Origin: the human T2T-CHM13v2.0 reference genome, Homo sapiens
Length of the DNA stretch: 64,000 nt
Direction: 5' to 3' (one strand)
NCBI RefSeq assembly: GCF_009914755.1
Contig: NC_060937.1
Positions 1 through 12,491 of this stretch are shown here, piece after piece. Position 1 is the first letter of the stretch. Every line of letters starts with the position of its first letter. The position numbers and the translations under genes were made by a program. The notes below the pieces were generated by a model. The model was not told the origin of the DNA, did no database searches, and was given only the letters and a program-made list of their open reading frames with translations.

Positions 1-456
1 ATATCTAACAAAAATACAGAGTACTACAAGAATGAAAGCTATATAAAGATGTTTCTAATGAAGTAACATTAACAAATATTTCTTTTACCAAAGAACATGC
101 ATTACAAAAAATGCTAAATATCACTTTTTAAAACGTATTAGCTGCCACGACATAAAAATATTAGCTGCTAATGACATAAAAAAAAGAATTATTTTTTTAA
201 GACAGAAGAAAGGACATTGTGTATATGAATATAAGTAAAATAGGAAACACTTTATTTTCACTCTTGAGTTTTAAAAAATACTCATGGCTTTAAAACAAAA
301 TAATAACATTGTGTTCTTGGTTCATAATTTACGTGACTGTAACACATATGCTAATGAAAATATCAAAGACAGCTTAAAGCTGCAGGATTTCCTCATTTTA
401 AAAGAAGTGGTAAAATATTTAAATCCTCTCTCAGATATGTAGTGCATATACTATAA

Positions 457-772
<316 letters not shown>

Positions 773-1923
773 TCAAATTAGTTTTTTAAAAAAATGTTTT
801 GGAAATTCCTCACATTCAGGAATAATTTTTCATGTGGTGGGAAATCCTAATTAAACACAATTATAACTACTAAAATTATGGAAACACCAATATGTGATTA
901 TTTTGGTGGAGATAATTAGTGTCTTTTTTCCTGCCATTTTCATTAATGGAATCTCCTGGTTGCTTTAATATTGTGGGTGATTATTATTTACTATGGTTCA
1001 TATTATGTGTTTATTAAGAAAAAAATTATGTCTATATTTTTCTATTGATTTGTTCATCATTTTTGTCAGTTATTAAATAAATATTGAATCTTTTTCTTTT
1101 TCTACTCTCTGTAAACAATGAAAAAATATTTTATTTTGAGAAAGACCTTTAATTATTTCATTTTTTATACTCCATACAGTTTGTCTAGCATCTGCCTAAG
1201 AGTGAATGGTATACTAACAGGGTCTCATTCCAGATGGTTATACTAAGTATTACTGAATACTGAAGCTTAATACTGAATACTGAATCTTAATTTTCTATGC
1301 TAGTAGAACTAAATTGTGTTTCCAATATTGGACTACCGACTATGAGAGATCTTCAATTTAATATCTAGATCACAGATCATAATAAAAATGTAATTTTCTA
1401 CAATAAATTGCCCTCCTCCTCTCTACCTCTATGAGCATCTGTTGCCTTGAAGGAATTACATTAAGCCATAGCTTGGATTTTCAGTTCAGGTTTGCTGCGT
1501 ACAATTTGCACTGCTCTGAACAGCTGGCTATTACTTTTGCTTTCCCATTTCACTCACAGTTGAAATGATTTACCACCTGTGGATGCATCCTGTTTCTTCT
1601 GTGTTCATTTGTTAGGTTAATTAAATTTTACTCTTTCTAGTTTTTTAATACAAGCCTTACAGTTATTTCAACTATAAACAGCTAAAGAGTATGTACTGTT
1701 TTACTAAAAACAACTGTTTTGAGAAGTCTGCCAATTAAGTGTGTGAATTTTTCAAAACAGCAAACTATTTTCCCCAGATAACAAAACATATATCAAAGTT
1801 CAAATTATTTCATAGATGATTTGGTTTTGATTACAGAACATCTAAACTATAAATAAACCATCGTTTTTGGTCAGAAAACAATCTTCTATGTCTTCATAAT
1901 TTTCCTTTTCCTCACAAAAATTC

Positions 1924-1974
1924 CTGCTTTCCTAACCCTCTTTCCTAACCCTGCTTTCCTAACCCTGCTTTCCT
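1924..1974. repeat. Short tandem repeat, ~3.7 x 14 bp (CTGCTTTCCTAACC)
   Basis: Units start at 1924, 1938 (1-nt deletion), 1951 and 1965 (partial). Confidence 0.9.
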
Positions 1975-2299
1975 CAAATAAATTTGAGGAAGCTCAAATT
2001 TATTTCCAACGTACTTCCAGGTTGTAACAATTTTCCTGGTGGTCATGTGTTCAATCTCCAGCTGAAAATATGTTTCCTCCAGGTTCCCTTGTCACTTTGT
2101 TTCTAAATCCTCAGTTGATATGGTTCTTCTTGCTTTTATAACATCCTAGAAATTCTAAAATAGTAGATTCAAGATGTTGAAAAATAAAAATTACTTTATA
2201 CTTTAATTCAATAGATTTCACCTAAGTAGTACTGTTATAAAAATTGTACTTTGTGATCAAAGTAACTCATATCAGTTAGTTCTTTAGTTAACACTGCAT

Positions 2300-3442
2300 G
2301 GAGCAGTACTGCAGGTGTTATAGGTCAACAGTTGCATGCCATGACAAGTACTCTTGGTCCCAACTCCACCTCAAGTTGTTTTATCTGCAACCACTTTTAA
2401 GCAGGCTTTGATTATTCTTGTTAGGTGCAAGGTCAGCCTCCTGATGCAAATTTTGCTATGGATCTTCCATTTCCTCCTCTGGGAAATCTCTGATTCATGA
2501 AGGATGATAACTGTGATAAAGCATGAGGCAGTCACAAATTCACACCTAGAAAAGGTAGAAGAGGCAACATGGCATACCTTGAGTAATTGGGGATGGCATC
2601 TTATGGATAAACACTTCCTACTTTTGTCAGGGAGGCAGAATATTCCGGAATAGCATTCGTGTATTTTTTAATCTTTGAATTGCTTGTATGGCCCCATGTT
2701 CAAATGTTGACATTTAAGCTTTCTGGAGTCAGAGGGAAGCCATGGTGATTCTACTGATGCTCTGATCAAACTCTTTTGGCGTCAGACTTATATTGGTAGC
2801 AAACACACATTAACAAATGAAAACCTCCCATTTATGCCTAATATGATTTTCACAGGTCACTCTGCAAATCCACTTTTAATGTCTCTCTCAGGAGTTTAAG
2901 GCTTAGGCATTTAGAATGTGACTTTCAGGAATGTAGACTTTTGGGGCACAAAGCTTAGAATCCTCTCTTTCCTCATCTTTGGTTACAGGAGACCACCCAG
3001 AAATATTTTCATTCCAAAAACACTGTTGACCTATTTTCTTTCTCCAAATTCCAAGTCTTAAAGTCAGTGGAAAAACTCCAATACTCTACTACTTGAAAAA
3101 GGACTTATGAATGTATTTTATTTAGAGATTTTCCAACTCTAGAAAGTTAATGTGAAGCTTAAGAACTGCCTTGAAGCTTAGGTCTCTCCTTAAAAATACA
3201 GCCTATTTTCTTTAATCTTTTTTGCACAAAACCATAAAATGAAGCCTCTAGGAGTCTATGAGTAAGCTTACCAATCAGCCTTAGCAGCGGTCACCTTGGT
3301 AATGCTTCTTATATTGATTTTCTTCTTACCTCAGTCAACTCCTTTGGCTTCTCTTTCTTGCTTTCAGAGATCATTTTCTAAATCATCACTGGTCCAGGGT
3401 CTTGACTTAGGCTCTGCTTTCGAGGAGACTGAGGTTAAGAAA
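2300..3442. mobile_element. Probable highly decayed ERVL-class LTR/internal fragments
   Basis: Two motifs resemble ERVL LTR 3' ends: TCTCTCAGGAGTTTAAGGCTTAGGCA (~2885-2909) and AGGCTCTGCTTTCGAGGAGACTGAGGTTAAGA (~3409-3440); boundaries uncertain. Confidence 0.3.
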
Positions 3443-4426
3443 GAGTTAATACCTTTCATATGTGTTTATTTCATGTTCTCGTTTTCTTTTAGGTGGCTTG
3501 ATGAATCAAATTCTCTTTCTAAATAAAAAAGATATAATTATATCTTAAATAATCTGAGGTGAAATAATGAAAAACTCCATACTTTCTAAAAATAGGACAT
3601 GTGGTAGCCATATCTCTGGATATAGAATTCTATTATAGCCCAAAACCCATAATGTAAAAAGTTTTCATGGACATAAAAAGGACATAACCTTAAAATTATA
3701 AACCTAGTGACAGTGAAACCTGAAGGTAGTATTATCTAGCCAACATCATATCAACAGCCCACTTAAGAAACACTAGAAACTTATGTTTTCTACTGTGAAT
3801 ACATGAATCTCAACTCTCAATTCCCACATTTCATATATTCTTTTTTCATTAATGGAAACTGTGTAATAGTATATGTCAATAGGATTGCATGATCATATGT
3901 TCCTACTAATGAGTCACTTGTGGGTGAGGTGCAGTGCTGTTAATTTATAACACCCGACTTAAACCAGTACTATTAGTTATCTCTGAGCTCTCAGAGAAAA
4001 TGTTAGGAACAGGAGAACAGAACTTTTAAATGTACAGATCTCTTATAAAGAACACATGCACACTCACAAACAATGATTAGCACATATTTTCAGCTTAATT
4101 TCTTTGTCATATCTTCAGTTTTATACACATTTATGCCATTAAACCAGTGAGAATGAGTAAGTATTGATGGTAAAACTGTGCATTTTTGCTCATGGAAGCA
4201 GTCGTCTTAATTTAAGGCAAGGTACCGTTTGCTAGCGTGGCCTCTCCCTGCTCTGTGGCTGTTTTCCTGTTTTTACTGATGTGCAAAATAGAAAAAAAAT
4301 AGAAAGATATTTTTCCCTCTTTCACTAACCTTCTCTTCTTCTTGTCTTGAATATAGATGTATCTTTGATAAATGGCCAATGTAAGAAAGAAGTATAGAAG
4401 TTAAATTAAGATTTAAAAATAACATT

Positions 4427-4761
4427 AGCCAGGTGTGGTGGCTCATGCCTGTCATCCCAATACCTTTGGCAGGCTGAGTTGGCAGAATTCCTTGAGCTCA
4501 GGATTTCAAGACCAGCTTGGACAACATAGTGAGATCTCCTCCTTACAAAATATTGTTTTAAAAATTAGCCTGGTATGGTGGTATGCACCTGTAGTCCCAG
4601 CTACTTAGGAGGTTGGAAGATTGCTCGAGTCTGGGAGATCAATGCTGCAGTGAATTGTGATTGCACCCTTGCACTCCAACCTAGGCAACACAGCAAGACC
4701 CTGTATTGAAAATAAAATAAAATAAAATAAAATAAAATAAAATAAAATAAAATAAAATAAA
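4427..4761 (+). mobile_element. AluJ SINE with (AAAAT)n tail
   Basis: Alu dimer with J-type features (CTTGAGCTCAGGA, GCTGCAGTGA, GACCCTGT); tail 4709-4761 is an (AAAAT)n microsatellite. Confidence 0.93.
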
Positions 4762-5000
4762 TATAGCTAATGGTTTTACAGTAACATTGATGAAATGTAC
4801 AGGAACAAAAGATCATTTCAGCTAAATTATCAATATACAAGTGAAAGAACTAGAAGATTCTAAAGTTGGCAGAAATAAAAAAATAATTTAAGTTTCTATA
4901 ATAGGAATACCAATAGATAATATGTTGAAAAATCACATTTAAGAAATTAGTCATCAGTATGATGTATGATATTATTTACCTATCTTTCTTTTTTTAGTAA

Positions 5001-5508
<508 letters not shown>

Positions 5509-5689
5509 TAAATTCCATAGTTACATTCTATATGCTATTACTACTAATAATAATGATAAAATACTAATTAGCAAATTCAATTGCAATAATATGTTGTATA
5601 AGGGTAAACAACAACTAGACAAATGAAAATCTATGCCTTCGTAGGCCCAGATGCTTAAACTCGATATTGCACACAGAATTTATCATTGT

Positions 5690-5790
5690 CTCTTCTGTAA
5701 GCTTGGGTGAATTTTCACTGAGACTAAATTTTCCTGCATCCAAAATTAGAATTTAAAAAATAATAACTTAAGAATTTTATGTGGTTGTTA
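5690..5790 (+). mobile_element. MIR fragment
   Basis: Degenerate core CTGTAAGCTTGGGTGAATT...CTGAGACTAAATTTTCCTGCATCCAAAAT. Confidence 0.45.
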
Positions 5791-5909
5791 TTACAAAAAT
5801 CCTCTCATGCTGAATAATCTTGGAAAACATTTATTCTCTTCTTATATGCTTTATTGCTTTTATTTTGTGTGTGATGCTGATTACATTTAAATGATTTATG
5901 TGAACTGGA

Positions 5910-6060
5910 CAGTGATAGAGAAGAAATAAGAATTAATTGCAAAGTTCTGTCTTGGGGAACTAGAGGAATAACAGTTTTGTTACAACTAAGAGAAATGATA
6001 TGGGAAGTGGAAACATTATTTTGGTGTATATTTTTACAAGGTCTAGCTCAAACATTAGGT
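5910..6060 (-). mobile_element. L2 LINE fragment
   Basis: AAAGTTCTGTCTTGGGGAACTAGAGGAATAACAGT...ACTAAGAG resembles the antisense L2 3' region. Confidence 0.5.
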
Positions 6061-6094
6061 AAGGTCATTATGATATATTCTGCTACAGCCAGTT

Positions 6095-6127
6095 ATCCAT
6101 CTATCCATCCATTCATCCATCCATCCA
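6095..6127. repeat. (TCCA)n microsatellite
   Basis: TATCCATCTATCCATCCATTCATCCATCCATCCA. Confidence 0.85.
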
Positions 6128-6878
6128 GTTTCACTGGACTTTGAGAATTTATTAAAATAATACACTGTGCATTAAATGTGAATTTTGTTATTTTAAGGAT
6201 TCCTTTTACATTTGTGTATGATTTCACCTGTATAGAAATACAGTCCAAATATAAGGAATGCAGATGGTTCAGGCTATGTGGGAAAGTTCTCTCTAGTGAG
6301 CATAAGTAATCAAATTCATATTAACATACATAATAAAAATGCAGAATATTTTTCAAAAATATTTCATACTAAATACTATTCTATATAATCAAACATCAGT
6401 TTCTTCAGAATAACGATTTATAGTTTCTAGAAAATTAAGTTTTTAAAATTTATTATAACCAGTTTTGTAATTTCAAATACAGATTGTTTCATATAGCAGT
6501 CCTCAAAAATATTTGAATTGTTTGATTCTAGTAATTTAAGAAGAATACTTGTAATAAATGATCTGCATTCTATAAGGAATCTTTAGAAGAACTAGAAAAC
6601 TAGGTTTGAATATGCTTGCTGTTAAAATTAAATAAAATATTTTTTGCACTTCAATTTTTCTCGTTAGGCATAGTGGCAATATATTTATGCATTTTGTTTG
6701 GTGAGTTATTGCTTTTGAGTCAGTTTTTCTTATGCTCTCTTTATAATTATTTTTGCCCCCTTATTACAGAAAGCCTTATAATAGGAGAAAAGCACATGCT
6801 ATGTTATCTGAGAAGAGTGAATTAGATTTTTAACTCAACATATCCTCCATATTTAAAACTCTGTTGGTTATCACCTTT

Positions 6879-7968
6879 TATCGGGGGAACCGGCCCCCGA
6901 TATTTCAATGTACGTTCTTTTTTATTTTCCTTAAGTGTCAGCTGGTCTGAGAAATAAAGGGAAAGAGTACAAAACAGTGAAATTTTAAAGCTGGGTGTCC
7001 GGGAGAGACATCACATGTCAGCAGGTTCCGTGATGCCCCCTGAGCCGCAAAACCAGCAAGTTTTTATTAGCAATTTTCAAAGGGGAGGGAGTGTATGAAT
7101 AGGACGTGGGTCACAGAGATCACATGCTTCAAGGGCAACAAAATATCACAAGGCCAATGAGCAGGGCAAATTCACAAGGCCAGGGTGAAACTAGAATTAC
7201 TAATGAGGTTCCCGGTCCCACTGTGCATGCATTGCCATTGATAAACATCAGGAAACACGGGTTGAGAGCAGACAACCGGTCTGACTAAAATTTACTGGGC
7301 AGGAATTTTGTAATCTTAATAAGCCTGGGGGCGCTGCAGGAGACTAGGGCATGTTTCATCCCTATCTACAACTGCGCAAGGCAGACACTCCCAGAGAGGA
7401 CATTTTAGGGCCCCCCCCCGGGAAAGCATTCTTTTCCCAGGGCTGTTAATTATTAATATTCCTTACTGGGGAAAGAATTCAGCAATATTTCTCTTACCTG
7501 CTTTCAGCAATAAGAGAAATATGGCTCTGTCCTGCCTGGCTCCCAGGCAGTCAGACCTAATGGTTATCTCCCTTGTTCCCTGAACATCGCTGTTTTCCTA
7601 TTCTTTTTTCAAGGTGCCCAGATTTCATATTGTTCAAACACACATGCTTTATGAACAATTTGTGCAGTTAACGCAATCATCACAGGGTCCTGAGGTGACA
7701 TACATCCTCATCTTACGAAGATGATGGGATTAAGAGATTAAAGTAAAGACAGGCATAGGAAATTATAAGAGTATTGATTGGGGAAGTCATAAATGTCCAT
7801 GAAATCTTCACAATTTATGTTCAGAGATTGCAGTAAAGACAGGTGTAAGAAATTATAAAAGTATTAATTTGGAGAACTAACAAATGTCCATGAGATCTCC
7901 ACAATTTATGTTCTTCTGTCACAGCTTCAGCAGGTCCCTCTGTTCGGGGTCCCTGACTTCCCACAACA
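6879..7968 (-). mobile_element. MER11 solo LTR (HERV-K11/HML-8), 1090 bp
   Basis: Minus strand begins TGTTGTGGGAAGTCAGGGACCCCGAACAGAGGGACC and ends GGTTCCCCCGATA; internal repeat GAACATAAATTGTG typical of MER11; TSD imperfect (CCTTT/ACTTT). Confidence 0.92.
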
Positions 7969-8069
7969 ACTTTGGCACCTTTGTATCCACCAATTATAGA
8001 CCTTGATAGGTTTAATTTTCCACATAGTATAGTTTTATTGTACATTTTTCTTGCTTTCTTGGTGGCCAG

Positions 8070-8480
8070 TATTTTGGGGGACTCTTACTAATATATCCCA
8101 CCTCCTCACAGAATAAAGCATAATACATTCCCTTCCTTTGCCCACAAACAGCCAAACTTGGTGGCACTAATTAGGCAGATCCACTCAAGACTTTGCCTCA
8201 GAAGATAGAAATAATGGAGAAGCCACACCTGTTGAATGCAGTGAGGACATCAAGCTCTTGAGTTTCAACTGTTGCAAGACTGACTTCTATTGTAGAATGA
8301 ATGACAACATTAATCCTTTTTTCTTTATAAATTACCCAGTCTCAGGTGGTTCTTTATAGCAGTGTGAAAATGAATTAATATATCATCTGAAACTTCACAT
8401 GAAATTTATTTCATAATATTTTGCATGTTTTCTGGCTCCTTTGTCCTACTTGGATTTAAATTAGTTGGACACATTTATGT
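8070..8480 (+). mobile_element. Decayed LTR16/LTR33-like ERVL LTR interrupted by a MaLR LTR 3' fragment
   Basis: GCAGATCCACTCAAGACTTTG is LTR16/33-like; 8308-8381 TTTCTTTATAAATTACCCAGTCTCAGGT..TTCTTTATAGCAGTGTGAAAATG is a clear MST/THE1 3' end. Confidence 0.45.
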
Positions 8481-8699
8481 TGTCCAGCCTCAATGTGTTA
8501 CTGAGCTCTCCAGATCATTTGACAAATTACTTTCTTTTAGGTTTTATCTAATTTCCTCAAATTAAAGAACATATTATCAACATGTTGAACATCCACTTCA
8601 TACTACTTTCTGAAGGGTCTATATGAAAAATTAAATTAAATTGGGTTCTCTCAAAAAATTAATATAAAACGAAGTAGATAATTTTTAAGGGAATAAATA

Positions 8700-8885
8700 T
8701 GAAACTGGAGTTGAATAGTGTTTTCATTAGTTGTACTAAATGTACTTTCTATAAATTCTCAGAATTTTTATCTATAAAAATAAAACATTAATACCTATTT
8801 CATAAAATTGATATAAGAATAAAAGGAACTAATAATATAAAAGATAGTTGGAATGCTGTTTAGTAAGTAGCATTCATTAAAAAAT
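8700..8885 (+). mobile_element. MIR fragment
   Basis: CTCAGAATTTTTATCTATAAAAAT...TAATACCTATTTCATAAAATTGATATAAGAATAAAA...TAGTAAGTAGCATTCATTAAA. Confidence 0.6.
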
Positions 8886-9616
8886 AGTGTTTACTATCAA
8901 AGTTATTATAATAATTATTTGGGTTAATTGTGGGCAAGATAGTGGTCAGTTTTCCCTCTTTTTGGCATGGCTATCCTAGTACTTCTCTTAGTCAAATTTC
9001 ACTATAAAAATTATACATCTATGTAGAACACGTAAGACCAAGAATTTCAAATTTGATTATACAAGTTCTGTAGCTAGCGTCTTGATGAAGAAATACTCTT
9101 CTATCTGCATATTGTAAATAATGTAAAACTTATTTTGCAATATTTCAATAAAAAGGTTTTTGTACTAATGACAAGTCTATGATAATGAGAGTAAAAGGGA
9201 AAATAATTAAGAAAAACAATGGAGTTTAATGGAGCTTAAGTATTTCTAATACAAGTCACTTTGCTTTAGAAAAATCTGGTATAATCTATTCTCACTGAAA
9301 GGTTGAATAACCTTATAATATGTGTCGAAAAGAAAAAATACATAGTAAATATATTGCAGCTATGTATTCAAATCCAGGGACATATCCATATATCAATATA
9401 TAATGCATATACACACATTGGGATATAGAACAAATACTTTTATATATATTGCTGGATAAAAGCTTAGTGACATTAAATGTTCCATTCAATGAATATTTGA
9501 TATTTAATGTAGACATTTATCATAGCTTCATTGATGCATTCTCATAGTTTTCTACATTTTTGGGCTTAGAAGAGATTTAATTTTCCTTCCTATTTTATGT
9601 TGTCTTTGTGTAAACT

Positions 9617-9647
9617 TGTGTGTGTATGTGTGTGTGTGTGTGTGTGT
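9617..9647. repeat. (TG)n microsatellite
   Basis: Directly visible. Confidence 0.9.
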
Positions 9648-9892
9648 ATACAAGCTGGAAGACATAGATATAAGAATATGCATTTGAGAAACTAGGTAGG
9701 TATTTATATCAATATAAGTTAACTATAATACCTGATTTTTTGCTATTATCATATTTTATCAAATTAATATTGCTCTATGTGAATGTTTTTAAATATAACA
9801 CTTCTCTCCAAAAGTTTAAACTAACTTAATTCTGTAAAATGTTAAGTCGTTAAGTAACTGAAAAGTTAATTAATATAACAATTTATTCTTAA

Positions 9893-9912
9893 TCTCTCTC
9901 TCTCTCTGTGTT

Positions 9913-9959
<47 letters not shown>
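9893..9959. repeat. Compound (TC)n(TA)n microsatellite
   Basis: Directly visible. Confidence 0.9.
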
Positions 9960-11403
9960 TTGGAGTATTAACTTCAATTTAAGAATTAAGACTTTAAGAA
10001 CATTTCTAAAATAACTCCAAAACCAAAGGTAAACCTTTCATTGTACCTAAACGTAATAATATCATTTATAATTTTAAGTTTTTAAATTGACTATATGGTC
10101 ATGGCCTTCTTTTCCCTAGTTATAGCAAGTATTGCATATATACCTGGAATCCTTTAAACAAATAAAATAAGAAATATATATCCATTGCCACTCCTTCAAG
10201 CATGAATAACTTTAAAATACAACTTTCATAAAACTAGTGTCCATACTCTTTTTTATAATTTTTAATATTTTTCTTCCTAGAAAACCTTTAAATTAACATC
10301 TTTTGATAAACTGAAATTATCTCAGTTACATTTATTTTTCATAAATGGTGATACTCCTGGTGTTAAAATATGAAGAGGTTAATGAGAGAGAATTCTGGCA
10401 GAATAATAGTAAAAAAAATGCTTGAAAGATTGCATTTTGACAAATCAATAAGCTTTTGATGTCACATAATTACATTTTCATTTTGTCCTCTTCAGGTTGG
10501 TTATTAACACAGCAGTAGGCTGTCTGTCTGCTCTCTAAGCCAAGGTTAATAAACATGTTTACAACATGATATTTCTGTTGCCTCAGTACAAAATAAGCTC
10601 TGTTCTTATTTCTTGACATGCTCTTGTCGCCTTTAAAACATTAATCTCTGGGACTTTTGAAGTGGCAAAGGAAGCTAGGAAACAAATAGTATACCTATGT
10701 ATATATATATATGCATAACTTTTGCAGGTTGAAAATTCTACAGCAGTTTATTGTCTTGTCTTTCAAGATTTTCTGATTTTCTTCAAAGAAATGTTTATGT
10801 TTTTCTAGGTAACCACTGTTCCACATTCAAATTTAGATGTGGAAATATTAATGTTTATAACATAGTTAACTATAAACTTCTACAGCATTTTAAAGAATTG
10901 TTTACTAACTACCTGTAAACCCAACTATACTTTCAATACAAATTAATTCATCACATATAAAGTAACATAACTGAGATGAACAAAATTAGTTTTGTCACTT
11001 TTTATTTAATTTTAAAAAATAAATTCTAATGAGGGTAAATTAATGGTGACTACTTAATTAAATTGTTAAATGTATCAACAAATACATTAAGTATATATAA
11101 TTCAAATCAAATCAAAAATAAATTTTAGATACATGAAGCAAATGGATTAAAGTTTTACATTCTGACAAAAGAGAAGTATATTATTCACAGTGACTTTATT
11201 TTATTTACAATGAAAAGCTGTAGGTCAATAGAAACAATAAAAAATTACAATTATATTACACAAGGTATCGTAGAACACTCAAAATAATACTTAGTTGAAA
11301 TTCAGTAAATAGCTATGAAAGATCTCTAAATATTATCCTCAATAGTTTTATAACTGATTTTTTTTAAAAGCATGTTTTTGAAAGTTTCTTAAAAGTTAGA
11401 TTT

Positions 11404-11700
11404 TGCCAAGCATGGTAGCTCATGCAGGTAATCTCAGCATTTTCAGAGGCTGAGGCAGGAGGACGGCTTGAGTTCAGGATTTCAGGATCAGCCTGGGCAA
11501 CATAGTGAGACATTATCTCTACCAAAAAAAAAAAAAAGTTAGTGTGGTGGCACATACCTGTGATCCCAACTACGCAGAAAGCTGAGATGGGAGGATTGCT
11601 AGAGACCAGGAAGACCAGGCTGCAGTCAGCTGAAATGGCACCACTGCACTCTAGTGTTGGAAGACAGAATGAGACCCTGTCTCAACAAACAAACAAACAA
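11404..11700 (+). mobile_element. AluJ SINE
   Basis: Diverged Alu dimer with (CAAA)n tail; TSD approximately AAAAGTTAGATTTT / AAAGGTTAGATTTT. Confidence 0.92.
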
Positions 11701-12087
11701 AAGGTTAGATTTTTGCCTATCACCAAAGATGCTTCATTACTTTTTAGACATAAATATATGTATGCATTACTGGACTTGACTTTCTGCTTCATTGTTGAGG
11801 CTATACTATTTAAAGCAATATTTGATAATAAAAATGCTTTTGAACCAAAGAAACTATGTCATGAAATAAGTCATAGAGAGTAATTTTTTTTCTACAGTTA
11901 TTAAGAAAAAGAATTTCTAAGCACTATTTTTTTTTGTTCAGATTGGAAAATATCTTTGGTTCTTTTATAGGTCATAGTGATACAATCTTTATGTTTTACA
12001 AATTCATTTGATCATAAATTACAGTTAAAACAATTTTTTCAAAGAACATAATTGATTAAACCATATGTTTTAATTGAAATGTGAGAC

Positions 12088-12491
12088 TATTGGAGGCTTC
12101 ATCGTGGCCCCCAAAAAGATATGTGTACAGTGTGAATATTAATTTTTATGGCAAAGTATGTGATTAAGTAATTGAATGAAGGAGCTGGTCCTGGATTATC
12201 CAAGTGGGCTAAATTCAATTATAAGTGTTCTCAAAGAGTGAGACAGAGAATTATTAAACAGACACAGCAGAGGAGAGCACAAGGTAAAGATGGTCAAGAT
12301 TTTATTGATGCAGCCATAAAACAATGAATGAGAACAGGCACCAGAAACTGAGAGATTCAAGAGGAGTTGCAGCCCCATCTACGCCTTGCTTTTGGAGTCG
12401 TGGCCTCCGGATTGTGAAAAAAATAAATTTCTGTTGTTTTAAGTGCCAAGTGTGTGGTAATTTGTTACAGCAGCCCTAAAAAACTAATAGA
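12088..12491 (+). mobile_element. MLT1 (C/D-like) MaLR solo LTR
   Basis: TGGCCCCCAAAAAGATATG...TCCTGGATTATCCAAGTGGGC...AATAAATTTCTGTTGTTTTAAG...TGTGGTAATTTGTTACAGCAGCCCTAAAAAACTAATA. Confidence 0.85.

Noticed and set aside
1931-1966. CCTAACCCT telomere-like motifs
   Set aside because: Embedded in a 14-bp unit rather than tandem (CCCTAA)n; not an interstitial telomeric array
7791-7913. 32-bp direct repeat AAATGTCCATGA(A/G)ATCT(T/C)CACAATTTATGTTC with ~59-bp spacer, superficially CRISPR-like
   Set aside because: Only two copies, an intrinsic feature of the MER11 consensus, in primate DNA with no cas genes
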